DNA of 64,000 nucleotides from Schmidtea polychroa. Its lineage: Eukaryota. Both the position numbers and the translations under genes were made by a program. Every line of letters starts with the position of its first letter. The stretch's first letter is position 1. The notes beneath the pieces were generated by a model. That model made no database searches, had not been told where the DNA came from, and saw only the letters and a program-made list of their open reading frames with translations. Where the stretch lies: the NCBI GenBank assembly GCA_044892525.1, contig CM097885.1, positions 16,432,001 through 16,496,000 of the forward strand, read 5' to 3'. Shown here piece by piece: positions 1-45,409 of the stretch.

Positions 1-530
1 ATTGGGTTAGGGTGTTTTATTGATTTTATCGAGTTAGGGTGTTTATATTGATTTTATTGGGTTAGGGTGTTTATATCGATTTTATTAAGTTAGGGTGTTT
101 ATATCGATTTTATTGGGTTAGGGTGTTTATATCGATTTTATTGGGTTAGGGTGTTTATATTGATTTTATTGGGTTAGGATCATTATATGGATTTTTAATG
201 TGCTGATTTGATGTGTTCCTATATATTTGGATTATATATATCGATTTTATTGGGTTAAAATATTTAAATCAAATTTAATGTGGAGATAGGACGTTTTCGA
301 ATTGTTATATATAATGATTTTATTGGTTATGGTGTTTATGGATTTCAACTTACTGATGAAGTTTTTGAATTAGGAATAATTATTGATTTAATAGATTAGG
401 GTGATTATATCGATTTTATTGGGTTAGTGTGTTTTTATAGATTTTAACGTGCAGACAGAAGTTTTCGAATATATAAATAAATATTGATATTATCTGGTTA
501 GGGTGATTATTTCGACATTGTTGGGTTAAT
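1..530. repeat. 28-bp tandem satellite containing TTAGGG, decaying towards 530
   Basis: Unit ATTGGGTTAGGGTGTTTATATCGATTTT recurs with a period of 28 (56, 84, 112). About 6 good copies to ~180, then degenerate copies. Truncated by the window edge. Confidence 0.85.
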
Positions 531-2329
531 TAATATACATTTAATTTGTGAAAATTTTGATCATTTTGATTGTGTTTTTTTGTACACATTTAATTATTGT
601 TACTAGTGCTTGTCGCTGGGGTTTCTAACTTTGTGTCGAAGTTGAACTAATTAAGAAGAATTTTGTTGTTGAGTGGAATTAATAAACGATATTTATTTAC
701 ATTTTCACAATAGTATTGAAATGTGAGCGATTCTGACTACTGACTTTTTGCCTGTTTATTGATTTTTAAGTACTAATAATTCTAAGGAATTTTTGCAATT
801 GTTCTAGAGATGATTTTCTAAATTTTTTTTTAAAATCGACTTCAGGCTTTCAAAATACCTAAAATATGAAAATTTAAAATTGCAGTCGAAAAAACGGCAC
901 TTTTGAAATATTTTTGACATTACTGATATTCCACAATTGGATGATGATCAAATGAGCAAAGCCACATTTTTAATGATGTAAGTTTTCGTCCTTAAAATAA
1001 AGAGACTTATAATGCTGCTAGAATTGTTGCGCTTCAACAATTTCAGAAGTATCAAAATATTACCACATCGAATTCACGGTAGTTACGTTTGCAAAAATCC
1101 AACTATCTTACCCTTCTTGAAATTCCTTTAATTTCTTTATACTTATGGCCTCCGTATATTATTTTTCCACTACCATAACTGACTACCTTAATTCAAATTC
1201 GTTGGACTTCGTTCTTTTCATTCTCAATAATTTTATTGAGTTGTCATCTTTGATAATTACTTTTTGATAGTAAAATTTGGCTACACAATTTTTAATTTAT
1301 TTTTATTTTAATTTAAATAATCAATTATTTTTATCATTAAGATATTTTCAAAACATATATTAAAAAATTTTTAAATGATATTTTTTTCACATACAACCTA
1401 ATTTAATACTCAATTTATAACTTTTAAAAAATATATAAAATTATTTAACTATAAATATTAAATTATTAACCATTTAATCTATTTGAAATCGACATAAACT
1501 ATATAAAAACATTAAAAATACAATTTCCTCCAGGATTTTGTACACTAATTTTCGAATTCAATGATCTTATTAACAACGTTTGATATATTCATACTGTTGT
1601 GAATTGAATTGAGGCATCCCCCTGGGGTGCGCATTCAATCAAATCTTTGATGCAAAATTTTTAATTAAATGGTGTGTCTCACGATGGAAGGGTGTGTGCT
1701 TGAGTTGGCATGCTTTATATGTTAAGTTTTCTAGAATTTTGAGAATATTAATTTTATTCTAGTGTGTAAGGATATTTTGGTTTGAGGTGTTGAATCAATT
1801 AAAGTTTTTGAATATTGGAATTTACTTCAGTTATTTTAAATTGTTGATCGACCTAGACATCGAGTAGTTAAAGTTGGTAAAGGTAAAAAAGAGAGCTATG
1901 TTTGTGATAAGACTCAGTGTAAGAGGCGTATTTTAACTTTGAATTTTCCAATTGAACACAATATTGGTCCTAACTGGGATTCTATGAGAAAGATCAGGCT
2001 TCATGCATTTGTTGAGGTCAGTAAATTAAAATAAATTTAAATAAAATGTAGGTCGAATGAAAAAGACAAATAAAAGTGTGGGCATGCACAGAATTGATAA
2101 TAAAGGAAATTATGATGGAAACAGAATTAGGAATTACCAAAAGCAATTACGAAAGGCAAAAATCCGAAAAGATTGAATTGGAAAAGCGGGGCAGGTATAG
2201 ATTAGTTAATGGTCAACAAGATGGTGATTAGGGATTTATCAGAAAATGGTTAGAAAGGGTCGAAAAGCATTCGAATGTGTTGAAACAGAAGATCGTTAAT
2301 TAATTAATTATTTGGTTAATAGAAAAAGG

Positions 2330-3340
2330 TTTGGAGATATTCTCAGTATTCATTTCCTTTATTAACAAGTTGCTTTCTCTTAATTTTTCTATTCTAAACA
2401 TTGAATAGGATCTTTTGGTTCGATAGATGTGTATATGATACGACATCAAGACTGAAGAGGTATTTGAATTCTCTATGAGAAGTTATGTTATTGTTTAATT
2501 TTGCCATGAGGCAGTCGCTGCTTTGAAGATGATGTGGTATTGGTCCATTTGTGTTGGATACTATAGGTCTAATTTTGATAGCAGGACCCTATTTATGAGT
2601 TTTTATTAGGTGGAAGAAGTTGGAAGATCAGAATATTTAGTGACGAACCTCTTTGTTATTCTGTTATTGAGGCCCATTTCCATAGCAATTGCTTTCCATA
2701 ATTTGTTGATCTTCATTTCAGTGGTGTTTGGTGACATGCTGCTGACTTTCTTGTATGTGTCAATCTTGCCGAGGTGTTCGTAAGCAGCTTCACAGTAACG
2801 GCTTTTCTCTATAATGCAAAATTCTCCCCCCTTGTCACTTGGTAAGTAAACGCATGGTTCCTTCTTAAGGGATTTTAATATTTCTTGTTCATCTTTCGTT
2901 AGGTTTGAGAAATTTTCTTTTTTCTTTCTCAACTATCTCCATGATTATGCAGCAAACCTTTGAAAATGTTGAATCTAATTCTGCATCAGGATTTGGACGA
3001 TATATACTGGGAGCTTTTCTTCGTTATTTTCATGACGTATTGTATTGTTTCATTTGATTTGGTATACAATGTGACAAAGAGCTGTTTTGAAATTGAGGAT
3101 GGCTGCTTCATCTTTTTCTCTGTTTATACTGAACTTTGGTCCTAGTGAAAGTAATCCTTTTTCACATCCGGATAGACAATTTGTGAGGTCAGTTACGAAT
3201 CGTTTGTTTTCTCTATTCACTGTAATGCTTTCGTTTCGTCCAGGTTTCATTGTTCGTACCAAGGCCTGCTTTGAGGAACTTTTTTCTCACACTTTCAACA
3301 CTTTCAAAGGTTTACCGCATTGTGTACTTTGTACGAATTA
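2330..3340 (-). mobile_element. Degenerate Penelope-like element (PLE) reverse transcriptase relic
   Basis: Minus-strand fragments in PLE order: TDLTNCLSGCEKGLLSLGPKF (3050-3262), NLTKDEQEILKSLKK...LPSDKG (2606-2932), then KTHK*GPAIKIRPIVSNTNGP and YLFSLDVVS. Broken by stops and frameshifts; boundaries approximate. Confidence 0.8.
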
Positions 3341-3401
3341 GAGTTGATTTTATAATAGAAATTACCCAACCTCTTGTTTATCTTACTCTTATAATCTAAA
3401 A

Positions 3402-3652
3402 CAGGGCTTTTCAAACTTTTTAAACAAGGGACCCCTAATTTTTATTACGCTTAGTTTACGGACCATTTTACTAAAAAAATTACTATTTTGTTTGTAAAAC
3501 CTGATATATAATTATTAATATTTTTATAAAATTAAATTTATTAAAAAGAAATTATTATAGAACATTAACTAAATACGTTTAATAAAATAAATTTCATATA
3601 TCGATACGGACCCTCATAAAATCGCTCATGGACCCCAGTTTGAAAAGCCCTG
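3402..3652. mobile_element. hAT (Charlie/Buster-type) MITE
   Basis: TIR CAGGGCTTTTCAAACT...AGTTTGAAAAGCCCTG; 8-bp TSD ATCTAAAA at 3394-3401 and 3653-3660. Confidence 0.9.
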
Positions 3653-4089
3653 ATCTAAAACCTTCGGAGTTTTTGGGAAATTTAGATTGTAAGATCGTCT
3701 CTGATTCATGTAAGAGAGAATATGCTAATTAACTCCATCTAAACAAAGAAATTATTAATTTAAAAAATAATTTAATTACTAAAACATATTTTCACTAAGA
3801 AACTTAATTAATTTTAATCAAAAGATATTTACAAATAAATGCACAATAGCGTATTTTAATCAACTACCAAAGTACTGCAATATCAAAGCTAATTGCCGCC
3901 AAGAAAAGTCAAGCTGTTTGTTTATAATCTATCAATATCAAAGTGTTGCTCTAATGTTTGGAAACCCTTGCTGATAATAAAATTATCCCGATTTTGTTTC
4001 CATGATAACAATTCTATTAGACTTCCATAAAAAGATATCATCAAATAGCATTTGAATAAGAAGAGAAATTAGTCAATTTCTTCTCCTCT

Positions 4090-4150
4090 CGATTCTGATT
4101 GGCTAATCGAGTGCATGAGTGAAATTTAACCAGCGACATCAGCCAATTTC
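4090..4150 (+). promoter_or_regulatory. Possible promoter (two CCAAT boxes) upstream of the putative first anoctamin exon
   Basis: CTGATTGGCT near 4096 and AGCCAAT at 4141, 100-150 bp upstream of ATG 4240. Motif-level evidence only. Confidence 0.3.
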
Positions 4151-4239
4151 TCCCAACAAAACGATTTGAGTTATTTATCAGGAGACATTTCAAAATGATC
4201 TATTGTCTTTGATTAATGAAAGTCTATAGAAAATTCTAA

Positions 4240-36203
<31,964 letters not shown>

Positions 36204-36283
36204 AGTGTAAATTCTTTGAAATTAAATTATTATCTTTCCATGTCACAGTTATTTATGAAGGAAAGAAAACTAACCTCTAAAAA

Positions 36284-36660
36284 CAGAGGTGGAACTTAAA
36301 ATTTCGGAGCCCCCGCAAAAGAAATATTTTCCCTCGATGAATGTTTTTTATTCAGCAAAAATATACATATTAAATATTTATTTCATATATCATATTACAA
36401 TAAAAAATAATATTAAAAATAAATAAAACTAACATAAAAACGAAACTAAAACTTAACAGACCTGAATATTAAAATATTTCATCGTTGATTTCATATTGGT
36501 AAAATCGGTATTGACATAATTATTTTTTCCATTTTTTCAATCGCTTTTGCATCAGTAGAAAGTATTTCAAGGTCACTTAAACGGCCTTTACTAAAAGAAT
36601 TATCCAAATAGTTTTTTATTATTTTCAGCTTAGAAAAAGATCGTTCAAAGCTTAACTTTT
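36284..36660 (-). mobile_element. hAT transposase C-terminal relic with a probable terminus
   Basis: Minus-strand FERSFSKLKIIKNYL..S...RLSDLEILS (hAT dimerisation motif); CAGAGGTGGAACT...GGAGCCCC terminus-like sequence near 36284. Confidence 0.7.
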
Positions 36661-36827
36661 GGCTATTTCAGTCTAATTCATACACAAACACAATACATAA
36701 TGTTAGCAAAATTAAATAAACAATATCAATATGTTTCGGTTAGTACTAAAACCAATATATAAATATATACCTATCAATTATATATATATATATATATATA
36801 TAAATCCTTTGATTAAATATATATTTT

Positions 36828-39800
36828 TGGTTTCGAGACTTGCTGAAAAATTTAAAGATGGATTTAACTGGCGACCACGCCGAAAATCAAAATATCAACG
36901 CCATTTCAAAATCGACAAAATCGCTAATGGAATGCCTACCGAAATCATGCCAAGACATGCTCACACTGAACATCAGACGATATGATGTTCGAGGTTTAAA
37001 AGAAGCCGAAGAATGGATCAGGGATATAGAAGAATGGCTGCTGACAAATGGACAGCGATTGACAAGCACTTTCGATGTGTTATTAGTGGCAGAAGCAAAG
37101 ACATCGTGGGGAAACGTCAGAGAAGCAGAAACAACAGATGTGAAAGCCAAAGCGTTGTTCTTACATACGTTCAAAATTACAAAATAAATAACTGATAAAA
37201 TCAGAGAATTGGCAGGTATGGAATAGGAAGATAATGAAAGGTTTGCAGCTTTTGATATACGGCTAAGGAAAGCTTTAGCTGAAGTTGTAAATTCAGGACG
37301 ATCAGAAGAAGATATTATTCAAGACCTCATCACAAATAAATCACGCGATGCGAGACTGCGGGAGATACTATTGACGAAACCAGAAACAAAAATTGAAGAA
37401 ACGAGATCATTAGCGAAAATCTTTGAAAGTAACAAAAATGGAAACAATAAAATGGAATTTATTAAAGCAATCGGTCAAAGAATACACGCTAGCGTGACTG
37501 AGGGAGGGCAGATGAGAATTCAAAAGAATACCCAAGATCCAATGCCTACATCACTACAAAGAAGACTATCAGAAGAGTCACTTAGTCACCACAGATCAAG
37601 ATGAGACGAACATCCTATACGCGGACCAATAAAATACGAAGGAAATAACCATGGTCGTCGAAAACAATCTCCAAGAGAACAATTCTTGAGAAATGCGAGA
37701 ATCCCGAATAGCTCAGAAAGGAAGCTGCCAACAATATCCATGAAGAATATTGCAAGGAGGCTGTTCAACGAAAGTAGAGGACTACCACAAGCATAGTCCC
37801 AAAATTAACGGTAGGTGATTGTTTTTGCTGTGGCGAAAGGGAACACAGAAGGTATGAGTGCCCACAGGGAAATAAATGCTTGATATGTGGCAAGGAAGGT
37901 CACGGGTTCCGAGATTGTTTTTCGTTTTGGAAAGAAGTTCCACACCGATATCAAAGAATAGCGTGCATAGAAGAAGAAGATTCAAAATCTGAAAGAAGAG
38001 ATTACACCGAGAACAGCCAGGATTTCAGAACTTCTCACAGCGACATATATACTATATTGCGAGAAGAAGGAAAAAACATCAGCGACTCCATGGGTTTTAT
38101 TTCGTCGGTGGAGTCAAGAAAATAAATTGTGAAAGAAGAAATGAACGACGGAGACAAGCCAGAGATGTACCAGACGGAAGATGGAAGAAATTGGAGTAAA
38201 ATAATGTTGAATAATGCCGAAACAGAGATGTTATGGGACTCTGGAGCATCAGTAACAGTCATTAGCAAGAATTTGTGGGAAAAAATAGGCAAACCATAAC
38301 TTCAACGTAGTATGATATTATTATGCGGAGTTTTATCAACTGGAGGTGAAGAAGCAATGGGATACATGACTATACCAGCCACATGGAATTAGAAGACCAA
38401 AATTATCACAGTAGTAGTGGTAAAAGAGATTAACCCCGAATTCATAGGGGCATTGATACAATGAAAGAGTTTGGAGTAAAGTTAGTGAAAATCAATAATA
38501 TAGAAACGTCATTGATAAACAAAATTTACACTGATGAAAAAAGAATAAATAAAGCACTAGTGGCGATGGCAAGTGAGAATAGTAAAGATATTGAAGGAAT
38601 GATCAGGGAATACGGCGGAATTTTTATGGCATCGAAATTCGATCTGGGATTTACAAACTTAGTTCGACAGGAGATGCGGATAACAGGAGGTCCAATAATG
38701 CAACATCCTCGACGTCAACCAATGCACATGGAGTAAATGATTGAAAAACTGATAAAAGAGTTAATTAAAGCAAATGTTATTCGGTGTTGCAAGAGTCTTT
38801 GGAATGCCCCGTTAGTGATAATAGGGAAGAAAGATGGATCTATCAGGGTGTGTGTAGATTATCGTGGATTGAATTCCATAACAGAAAAAGCGTCATTTCC
38901 GATGCCTATCACCAAATTCTTACTAGACTGTCTCGCGAATGCAAAAATATTTTCGTCAATCGATTTAGGTCAGGCGTATTATCAAGTAGAGTTGGCTCCA
39001 GAAATTCAAGAAATGACTGCATTCAGTGTAAGAGAAGGACAAATTTGCTTCAATAGACTACCGTTTGGCTTAGCAACAGCCCCTGCGACATTCCAGAGAC
39101 TGGTGCACACAGTGCTAGAAGGAATGCTATTCAAGGGAGTAGTAGTTTATCTAGATGATATCTTGGTATATGGTAAAAGTCAAAAAGACCACGATGAGCT
39201 ATTAAGGGAAATATTCAGAAGAATTCAAATGCCAAAACTGAAGATAAATCCAGAAAAATACAAATTCAATAAAACAGAATTGTGTTTCCTTGGTCACAGA
39301 GTTAACGAGAAGGGTATCCAGACAAACAGGAAGAAAGTGGAAGAGATCGAGAAAGCAGAAGTACCAAAATGTTCAAAACAATTGAGATCGTTTCTCGGAT
39401 TAACGAACTACTACAGAAGATTCATCAAAGACTATGCCAAAATCACCGAACCATTATACGCTACAACATCTGGATGCGATAAAGATATAAGTTGGACTAA
39501 AGAATGCAATGACAGCTTCCAAACTCTAAAGAGACGGTTGTGCGAAGCACCTGTCCTTGATTTTCCAAGAGAAGATAGGACTTTTATCCTAGACACAGAC
39601 GCTAGCTTCGGAGCCATTTGTGCAGTTTTGAGTCAAATTACAGAAGATGGAGAAGAATCGGTCATAGCTTATGACTCGAGACATACTGTGTAACCAGGAA
39701 AGAACTGCTGGCCGTACATGAATACGTCATGCATTTTAGAGAATATCTGTACGGGAAAAAATTCATAATTCGCACCGACCACAAAGCACTGGTTTTCATG

Positions 39801-41240
39801 AACACTACAAAAACGCCAATCAGTCCGCAGTTCCAAACACGGTTAGCTAACCTGTCGGAATATGATTTTGAACTAAAATATCGGAAAGGCGAAGAACACT
39901 CGAATGCAGATGGACTATCAAGATTAAAAAGTATGATTTGCACCCAGTGTCAAACAAGACATGAAGAAGCTAAGGAAGGAAAATCAATGATTATATATAT
40001 ATATATATATATATATATACTATCCAAAGAACAGAAGCTATGGAAAAAGTATGGGAACAACAACAAAAGGACATTCGGTTTCGAGAGCTGTGAGAGATAT
40101 TGGAAAATGGTTGTACACGGGAGAAAAAGAATTGTTTTCCTTTCAACGTAAAAAAATACACGAATTGATGGAGGATTAATAACAGTAGAAAAGAACAAAA
40201 ATATCTTAATGTTAGTCCCAGAAACATTTGCAGGCCTGTTAACAATAACCCTACATGAAGAACTATGTCACATTGGAGTTAAGAAATTATTTCATTATAT
40301 GGAAAAGATATTTTATTTGCCGAAAATGCAAGAAACAATCCAACTCTGTTTACGATGTTGCGAGATCTGCGCTAAGAGAAAGATCGATCAGACAAGAACC
40401 AAGGAAACATTTATTCCTAGATATAGCTCTGAATTCCTAGAACAGATTGTTATGGATGTGGCTTACATGGAAATGAACGCCATAAAAAATATATGGTAGT
40501 AATGGAGGAGCGTTTTTGCAAACTGATTTCTTTAACTTCAATCACGAAGCAAGACGAAGGGACAATTTTCAAAACAATACTTAATAGTTGGATCTATCGA
40601 TTTCGAAAACCGAAAAGCATTTTAACAGATAGAGACCGAAATTTCGAAGGGAATTTCCTAAGACAGAAGCTACAGAAACTTGGAATCAAACAGGAATTCA
40701 GCTCACCTTACCAGCACCAATCAAATGGTTTAGCCGAACGAGCCAAACGAACGATAAATTTATTATAAGATTATTATATTACAGCAACATTGGCAGATGG
40801 ATGTGAAGAGAGAAAGTGGCACGAATTTCTACCCAGAATAGAGTTCACTATAAATAGTAGTCGACAAAGTGCTACGGGTTTATCACCATTTGAGATAATT
40901 TATGGACGGAGTGTCAACCTACACTTTAACCTGAAACAAGCCGAGATATCAAGAAGCAAAAGAATCGAAGACGCGAGATTTAACTCGAGTAAAGCCGCAG
41001 ACACTATGAGAGCTATGGATAAGACAAAGAGGTGCACTCGTGTTTTCGAGGTGGGAGAGGAGGTACTCGTACGTAAAGAGCCGCAGAACAGGCAGAAGGA
41101 TGGTATGCAATACGATGGCCCATATAAAATGGTCAGATTTCTATCACCTCATCGAGTCGAACTACATTCACTAGAAGGAACGAAAAAAAGAAGAATCGAG
41201 TGGCTGAAAAAGTGGAAAAAGTCTTAAGAAGGGGAGTGTT
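36828..41240 (+). mobile_element. Decayed Ty3/Gypsy LTR retrotransposon (gag-pro-RT-RNaseH-IN)
   Basis: Gag zinc knuckle CLICGKEGHGFRDC; protease LWDSGAS (~38230); RT CVDYRGLN, RLPFGL, YLDD; RNaseH FILDTDAS, RTDHKAL; integrase HEELCHIG/CEIC, TD, SNGLAER. Polypurine tract AAGAAGGGGAG followed by TGTT at 41237. Multiple stops and frameshifts. A matching LTR pair was not found. Confidence 0.95.
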
Positions 41241-43583
41241 AGATATCTTGTTGTTTTATTAATTGGAGTGGCGGGTTTTGTGAAAAATTAAAAACTTATT
41301 ATTTATAAAAAGGGTGCCGCGGTGAAAATCTTTGGGAAACGCTGAAGTAATGTATAACAAATATAGTTAAAATCAGTATTAAGTGCAAAATTAATTAAAA
41401 ATCGAAAACCTATACTGAACGGAGGAAACGGGTATGGCTGAACACCAAATTGAAAGACAAATTCAGAGTTGACGATGAAAATTTAATAAGGAGTTTACAG
41501 GGAAAGTTATGGCGAAAAGAAATTAATTAAATTTAATTAATCCGTAATGTGAAGTCAGAGTTAATAGGAATCCCGCTGAAGAGAACCCGAAGCCCATTGA
41601 GACCTGACTGATTAGATAGAGAAAAGAACTCACCCGGTCGCCAATACGGTGCAAACAAATTAAAATAATTTAACAACCCTCAAAATATTTACCGAAAATT
41701 CCCGAAAGCTAATTATTTGCAATAATCTTAAATTCTGTAGATAATTGGCCTCTCACAAAAAATATAAAAAGAGAGCTCAAAAACATACAAGCCACCAGTT
41801 GATCGAAGAAAGTAGAAATTAACTGAAGAAGGCAGTCAGCGATCAGAGTACGAAATCTAGTAACTGAAAGCAAAGTTTAACTCTCGTACAAGAAAAGGTG
41901 ATTGCAGTGTTACCTACCTTAGCGAGCAATTTTTATTGGAGAGAAAGGTGCAAATCTCTCTATTTACGTGTTATATCCCTTGACCACATACACATTTCTT
42001 CATAATTCCATTACTTTAATTTTCTTTGTTTGACTTCTTGTAATTTTTATATCTTATTGTTTACTTTTAGTTTATTTTTAACTTGTCATATATTTTCGTT
42101 AATGTTATGAAATTTCTTTTCGATTGCTGTATATACTGTTAATTATCTTTTTCTTTCTTGAAAACCTTTCCTTTCATCATTTCAATCCAACTTTTATAAG
42201 CAATAGTAATGAGAGGTTAGAGGGGCCAGAACCATCAAATAAATAATTACACTTACCCCACAATTAGCATTATTGACATTGTTCGGTTACTAATTGTATA
42301 AAATAGATATGGTGCCAACTGATATCTGCTTTCATATAACCCTTGATAACCTTCCTTGATAAGCTTCCTCAATTCCATAATGGATACAAAATTGAATCTT
42401 ACATTATTGTCTCTTGAGCAGTAATTGTATTTATATTCCCTAACCGACCGAGTGTAATTATTAATAAAATATTAATTTTTATTTCTGTTCTTATGATAAA
42501 GTCCTCAAGAAATGTCATTAAGTGGATCACGCGAGATATCAAGACTCAGTCAGAAAAATAATAAAATAATTTTTCAAATAAAATAATAACTAGAATATGT
42601 AATCTCCCAGGAGAAATCAATTTCATCTGTTTCCATCGATAAAATTTCCCAGTAAAATAACCTCCCCACTGCCTCCTAAACTTGCCAATATTCTACCAAC
42701 CTCCAATTCTAGGAATAGGAAAGGCATTTTATCGATCAAGTTAATTCTAAATGTTTTCCTGTTCTTTCTATTATCACCTGTGAAAAATAATTGATGATAA
42801 ATTTAATTTTTTAATTTAGGGATTTCAAATTTGATAGTGAGCATGAGAGCTTTTTTCATTGGTTCGCGAATATTTTGCCGAATTTCGATGCTTGTAGGGA
42901 TTTTGGTTGATATAAAGTTATGTTCGATTGCTTTTAATGAAGCTGGAAAGTTTCTAAATCTGAATAAAGAAATGGAAATCGGTTCAGAAATGTTGTCTTG
43001 CATCTTTTATAAAAAATTGTTTTTACGGGTGTAATAATTTAGAAATTTCTTCTTCTTAGTGGAATTATGTAGAGGACAGAAGAAATGAAAATCGCATTGA
43101 AATAGTTTCAGAAAACATGGTGATTGATATAGAAATAGAATTGTTTATGAAAATGGTTCATAATCTAATTCTACGCGATTTTATAATAAAATTTCAAAAA
43201 GACTCAAGGCAATAAGTTTTTATTTGGCAACACAATGATCACAATACTAAATACTACAACTATATTTCCCTTTTAAAGGCAGGTGACTCAGTAGAAAACC
43301 GCCTCACAATTATTAATACAAATCTGATTTCCTACAATAATCAAACAACATTATTTCTCTCTTAACTTTGTCAGGAACACTCACCACTAGATCACCATTC
43401 TTTAATGCAATCATTTTGACCATAATGGTAATTAGGCGGTGTTCTATATATGATGTCACCCTTCCTCCAATTTCATTATTTGAAAAATAAAAATTTTATT
43501 TTATTAACATTATAAGAAATCTTTTCAATTTTCACCTCTGATTTCTTTACAATCGACATTGTATTTATTAAAAAACTTGACTA

Positions 43584-43852
43584 CACTCATACCTCGCTAT
43601 ACGGCTGCTCTTTATACGGCTTTTTGCTATAACGGCCTACTTTAATTACGGCACTTTTTCGATTTACGGCCTAAAATGTTTCGTTATACGGCCAAAAAAA
43701 GTGTGAAAAAAATGAATCCAGCCAATGGATCAAGGTGCAATAGCCACTTTTAAGGCATATTATTTACGTAGAACATTTGATTCGTTATGCGGCGTTTCGC
43801 TTTGCGGCCAACTTTCCTGAACGTATCTAGGCCGTAAAGCGAGGTATGAGTG
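43584..43852 (+). mobile_element. Tigger/pogo MITE with a transposase fragment
   Basis: TA|CACTCATACCTCGCT...AGCGAGGTATGAGTG|TA; internal QPMDQGAIATFKAYYLRRTF. Confidence 0.9.
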
Positions 43853-44188
43853 TATATTCATGAATTTTCGGCACTGCTTTTTCAAGTGATTTAGATTATT
43901 ATGATAATATAATTTAAAATTTAAATTAGTTATTATAATTGTAAAATCAATAATGGATAAATGGCTGAAAGAAGAATCAATTAAAAGAAAGCCAAATGCT
44001 AGCTATAGTACGCTTGACTTGCACATCAATAAAATTATCAACTTAATAATTAAACTTAAAATATATTATTAAATTAATCAAATTAAATTAATTGTTTAAA
44101 TATTCTTTTTATTCATAAACATCATAAACAATTCATGCATCATTCGACATCTCAATCGTTAACTCTCATCAAAATCTATTAAACAAAT

Positions 44189-44545
44189 ATGCCAAAAATT
44201 AGAGAAGCTGAAACCTTTGTTTTTCTAGCTGGGTCACTCTATTCAACTCCAAAGAAATTTTCCTTAAAATACTAATTCACAATTCTAATGATTCTCATGA
44301 TAAAGTTCGTTAAAAGAGCCGGGCTTATCCATCCGTCTTCGATTGCCAAAAAGAGTTAATGATGAAAGTTATTTCAGATAAAGATTTCAATACTTACACA
44401 TCGTACGATATTGGAGTCGATATGCCCAAATGCGAGTTCATAAACAATCGTAGTGCAACCGCCAGATCAGGTACCCATGTTTTCGTGGAAACACTGACTG
44501 CTGCAGCAAATATTTCTATGATCGTTTTTAATGTCATTTTCAATA
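44189..44545 (+). pseudogene. HSP90: HSP90 N-terminal pseudogene fragment (second copy)
   Basis: MPKIREAETFVF..., SKEIFLKILIHNSNDSHDKVR*, YDIGVDMPKCEFINN..TARSGTHVFVETLTAAANISMI, collinear with the HSP90 ATPase domain. Contains a stop and a deletion. Confidence 0.85.
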
Positions 44546-44856
44546 AAAACTTTATGGAAATTAGTTTCTTGTCTCTACACTAGCATTGAATCCTCAAATG
44601 CTGAAACTCCAGAAGCCAGAGTAACTTCATAGAACCCAAAAGAAGATAATGTCACTCAAAACAAGTGTTATTTATAGGCAAATGTTGCAAAATGCATTTT
44701 GGGCTCGGACTCCAGTAGGTAGATAGTGGCCTACGGGAACAATTACCCCCCCCCCCCGGGGGGGGGGGGGGGTTGTTCCCAAATTTTTATTACGCAATTG
44801 TTCCCAACTCATTTTTTTGCTTTCAGGGATTTTTGGTCCAAATTTTTTTTTTATCA

Positions 44857-45375
44857 CACTATAGTGAGAGGGTCTTGATGGTCCTGGGAATTTCTATACA
44901 AAAATCCGACTATCAATAAAAAAGTCAAGGATTATTCACACTATAGTGAGGGGGTCTCGATGGTCCTGGGATTTTCAATACAAAAAATTTTTTCTATACA
45001 AAAATCCGACTACCACTAAAAAAGCCAAGGATTATTCACACTATAGTGAGGGGGTCTCGATGGTCCTGGGATTTTCAATACAAAAAATTTTTTTCAATAC
45101 AAAAATCCGACTACCACTAAAAAAGCCAAGGATTATTCACACTATAGTGAGGGGGTCTCGATGGTCCTGGGATTTTCAATACAAAAATTTTTTTTCAATA
45201 CAAAAATCCGACTACCACTAAAAAAGCCAAGGATTTTTCAGACTATAGTGAGGTGAGTCTCCTTGGTCCTGGGATTTTCAATACGAAAAATTTTTTTCTA
45301 TACAAAAATCCTACTATCAATAAAAAAGCCAAGGATTTATCACGCTATAGTGAGGTGAGTCTCCTTGGTCCTGAG
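44857..45375. repeat. ~100-bp subterminal tandem array
   Basis: CTATAGTGAG recurs at 44859, 44941, 45041, 45142, 45243 and 45345. Fewer mirrored copies at ~61300-61590. Confidence 0.9.
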
Positions 45376-45409
45376 AAATAGGTGGTCTACACTAAAAAAC
45401 GTGGTAAAT

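Noticed and set aside
1604..1640. Small GC-rich hairpin (GCATCCC-CCT-GGGGTGC)
   Set aside because: Isolated, with no recognisable RNA or terminus context.
36701..36830. 5' LTR of the Gypsy element (starts TGTTAG, like 41237)
   Set aside because: Similarity does not extend beyond the first 6 bp by eye, so no LTR pair or TSD is claimed.
42803..43034. Short opposing ORFs, and similar ones at 14315-15569
   Set aside because: No recognisable motif; probably decayed TE or chance ORFs.
44672..44857. Mirror-image ORFs at the element ends (44672-44857, 61523-61714) and the repeat ORF 44946-45221
   Set aside because: They arise from the TIR, the C/G runs and the 100-bp array; no protein-like signal.
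44857..45375. Regularly spaced repeats with an internal palindrome, superficially CRISPR-like
   Set aside because: Whole units repeat with no unique spacers; no cas genes; eukaryotic context.
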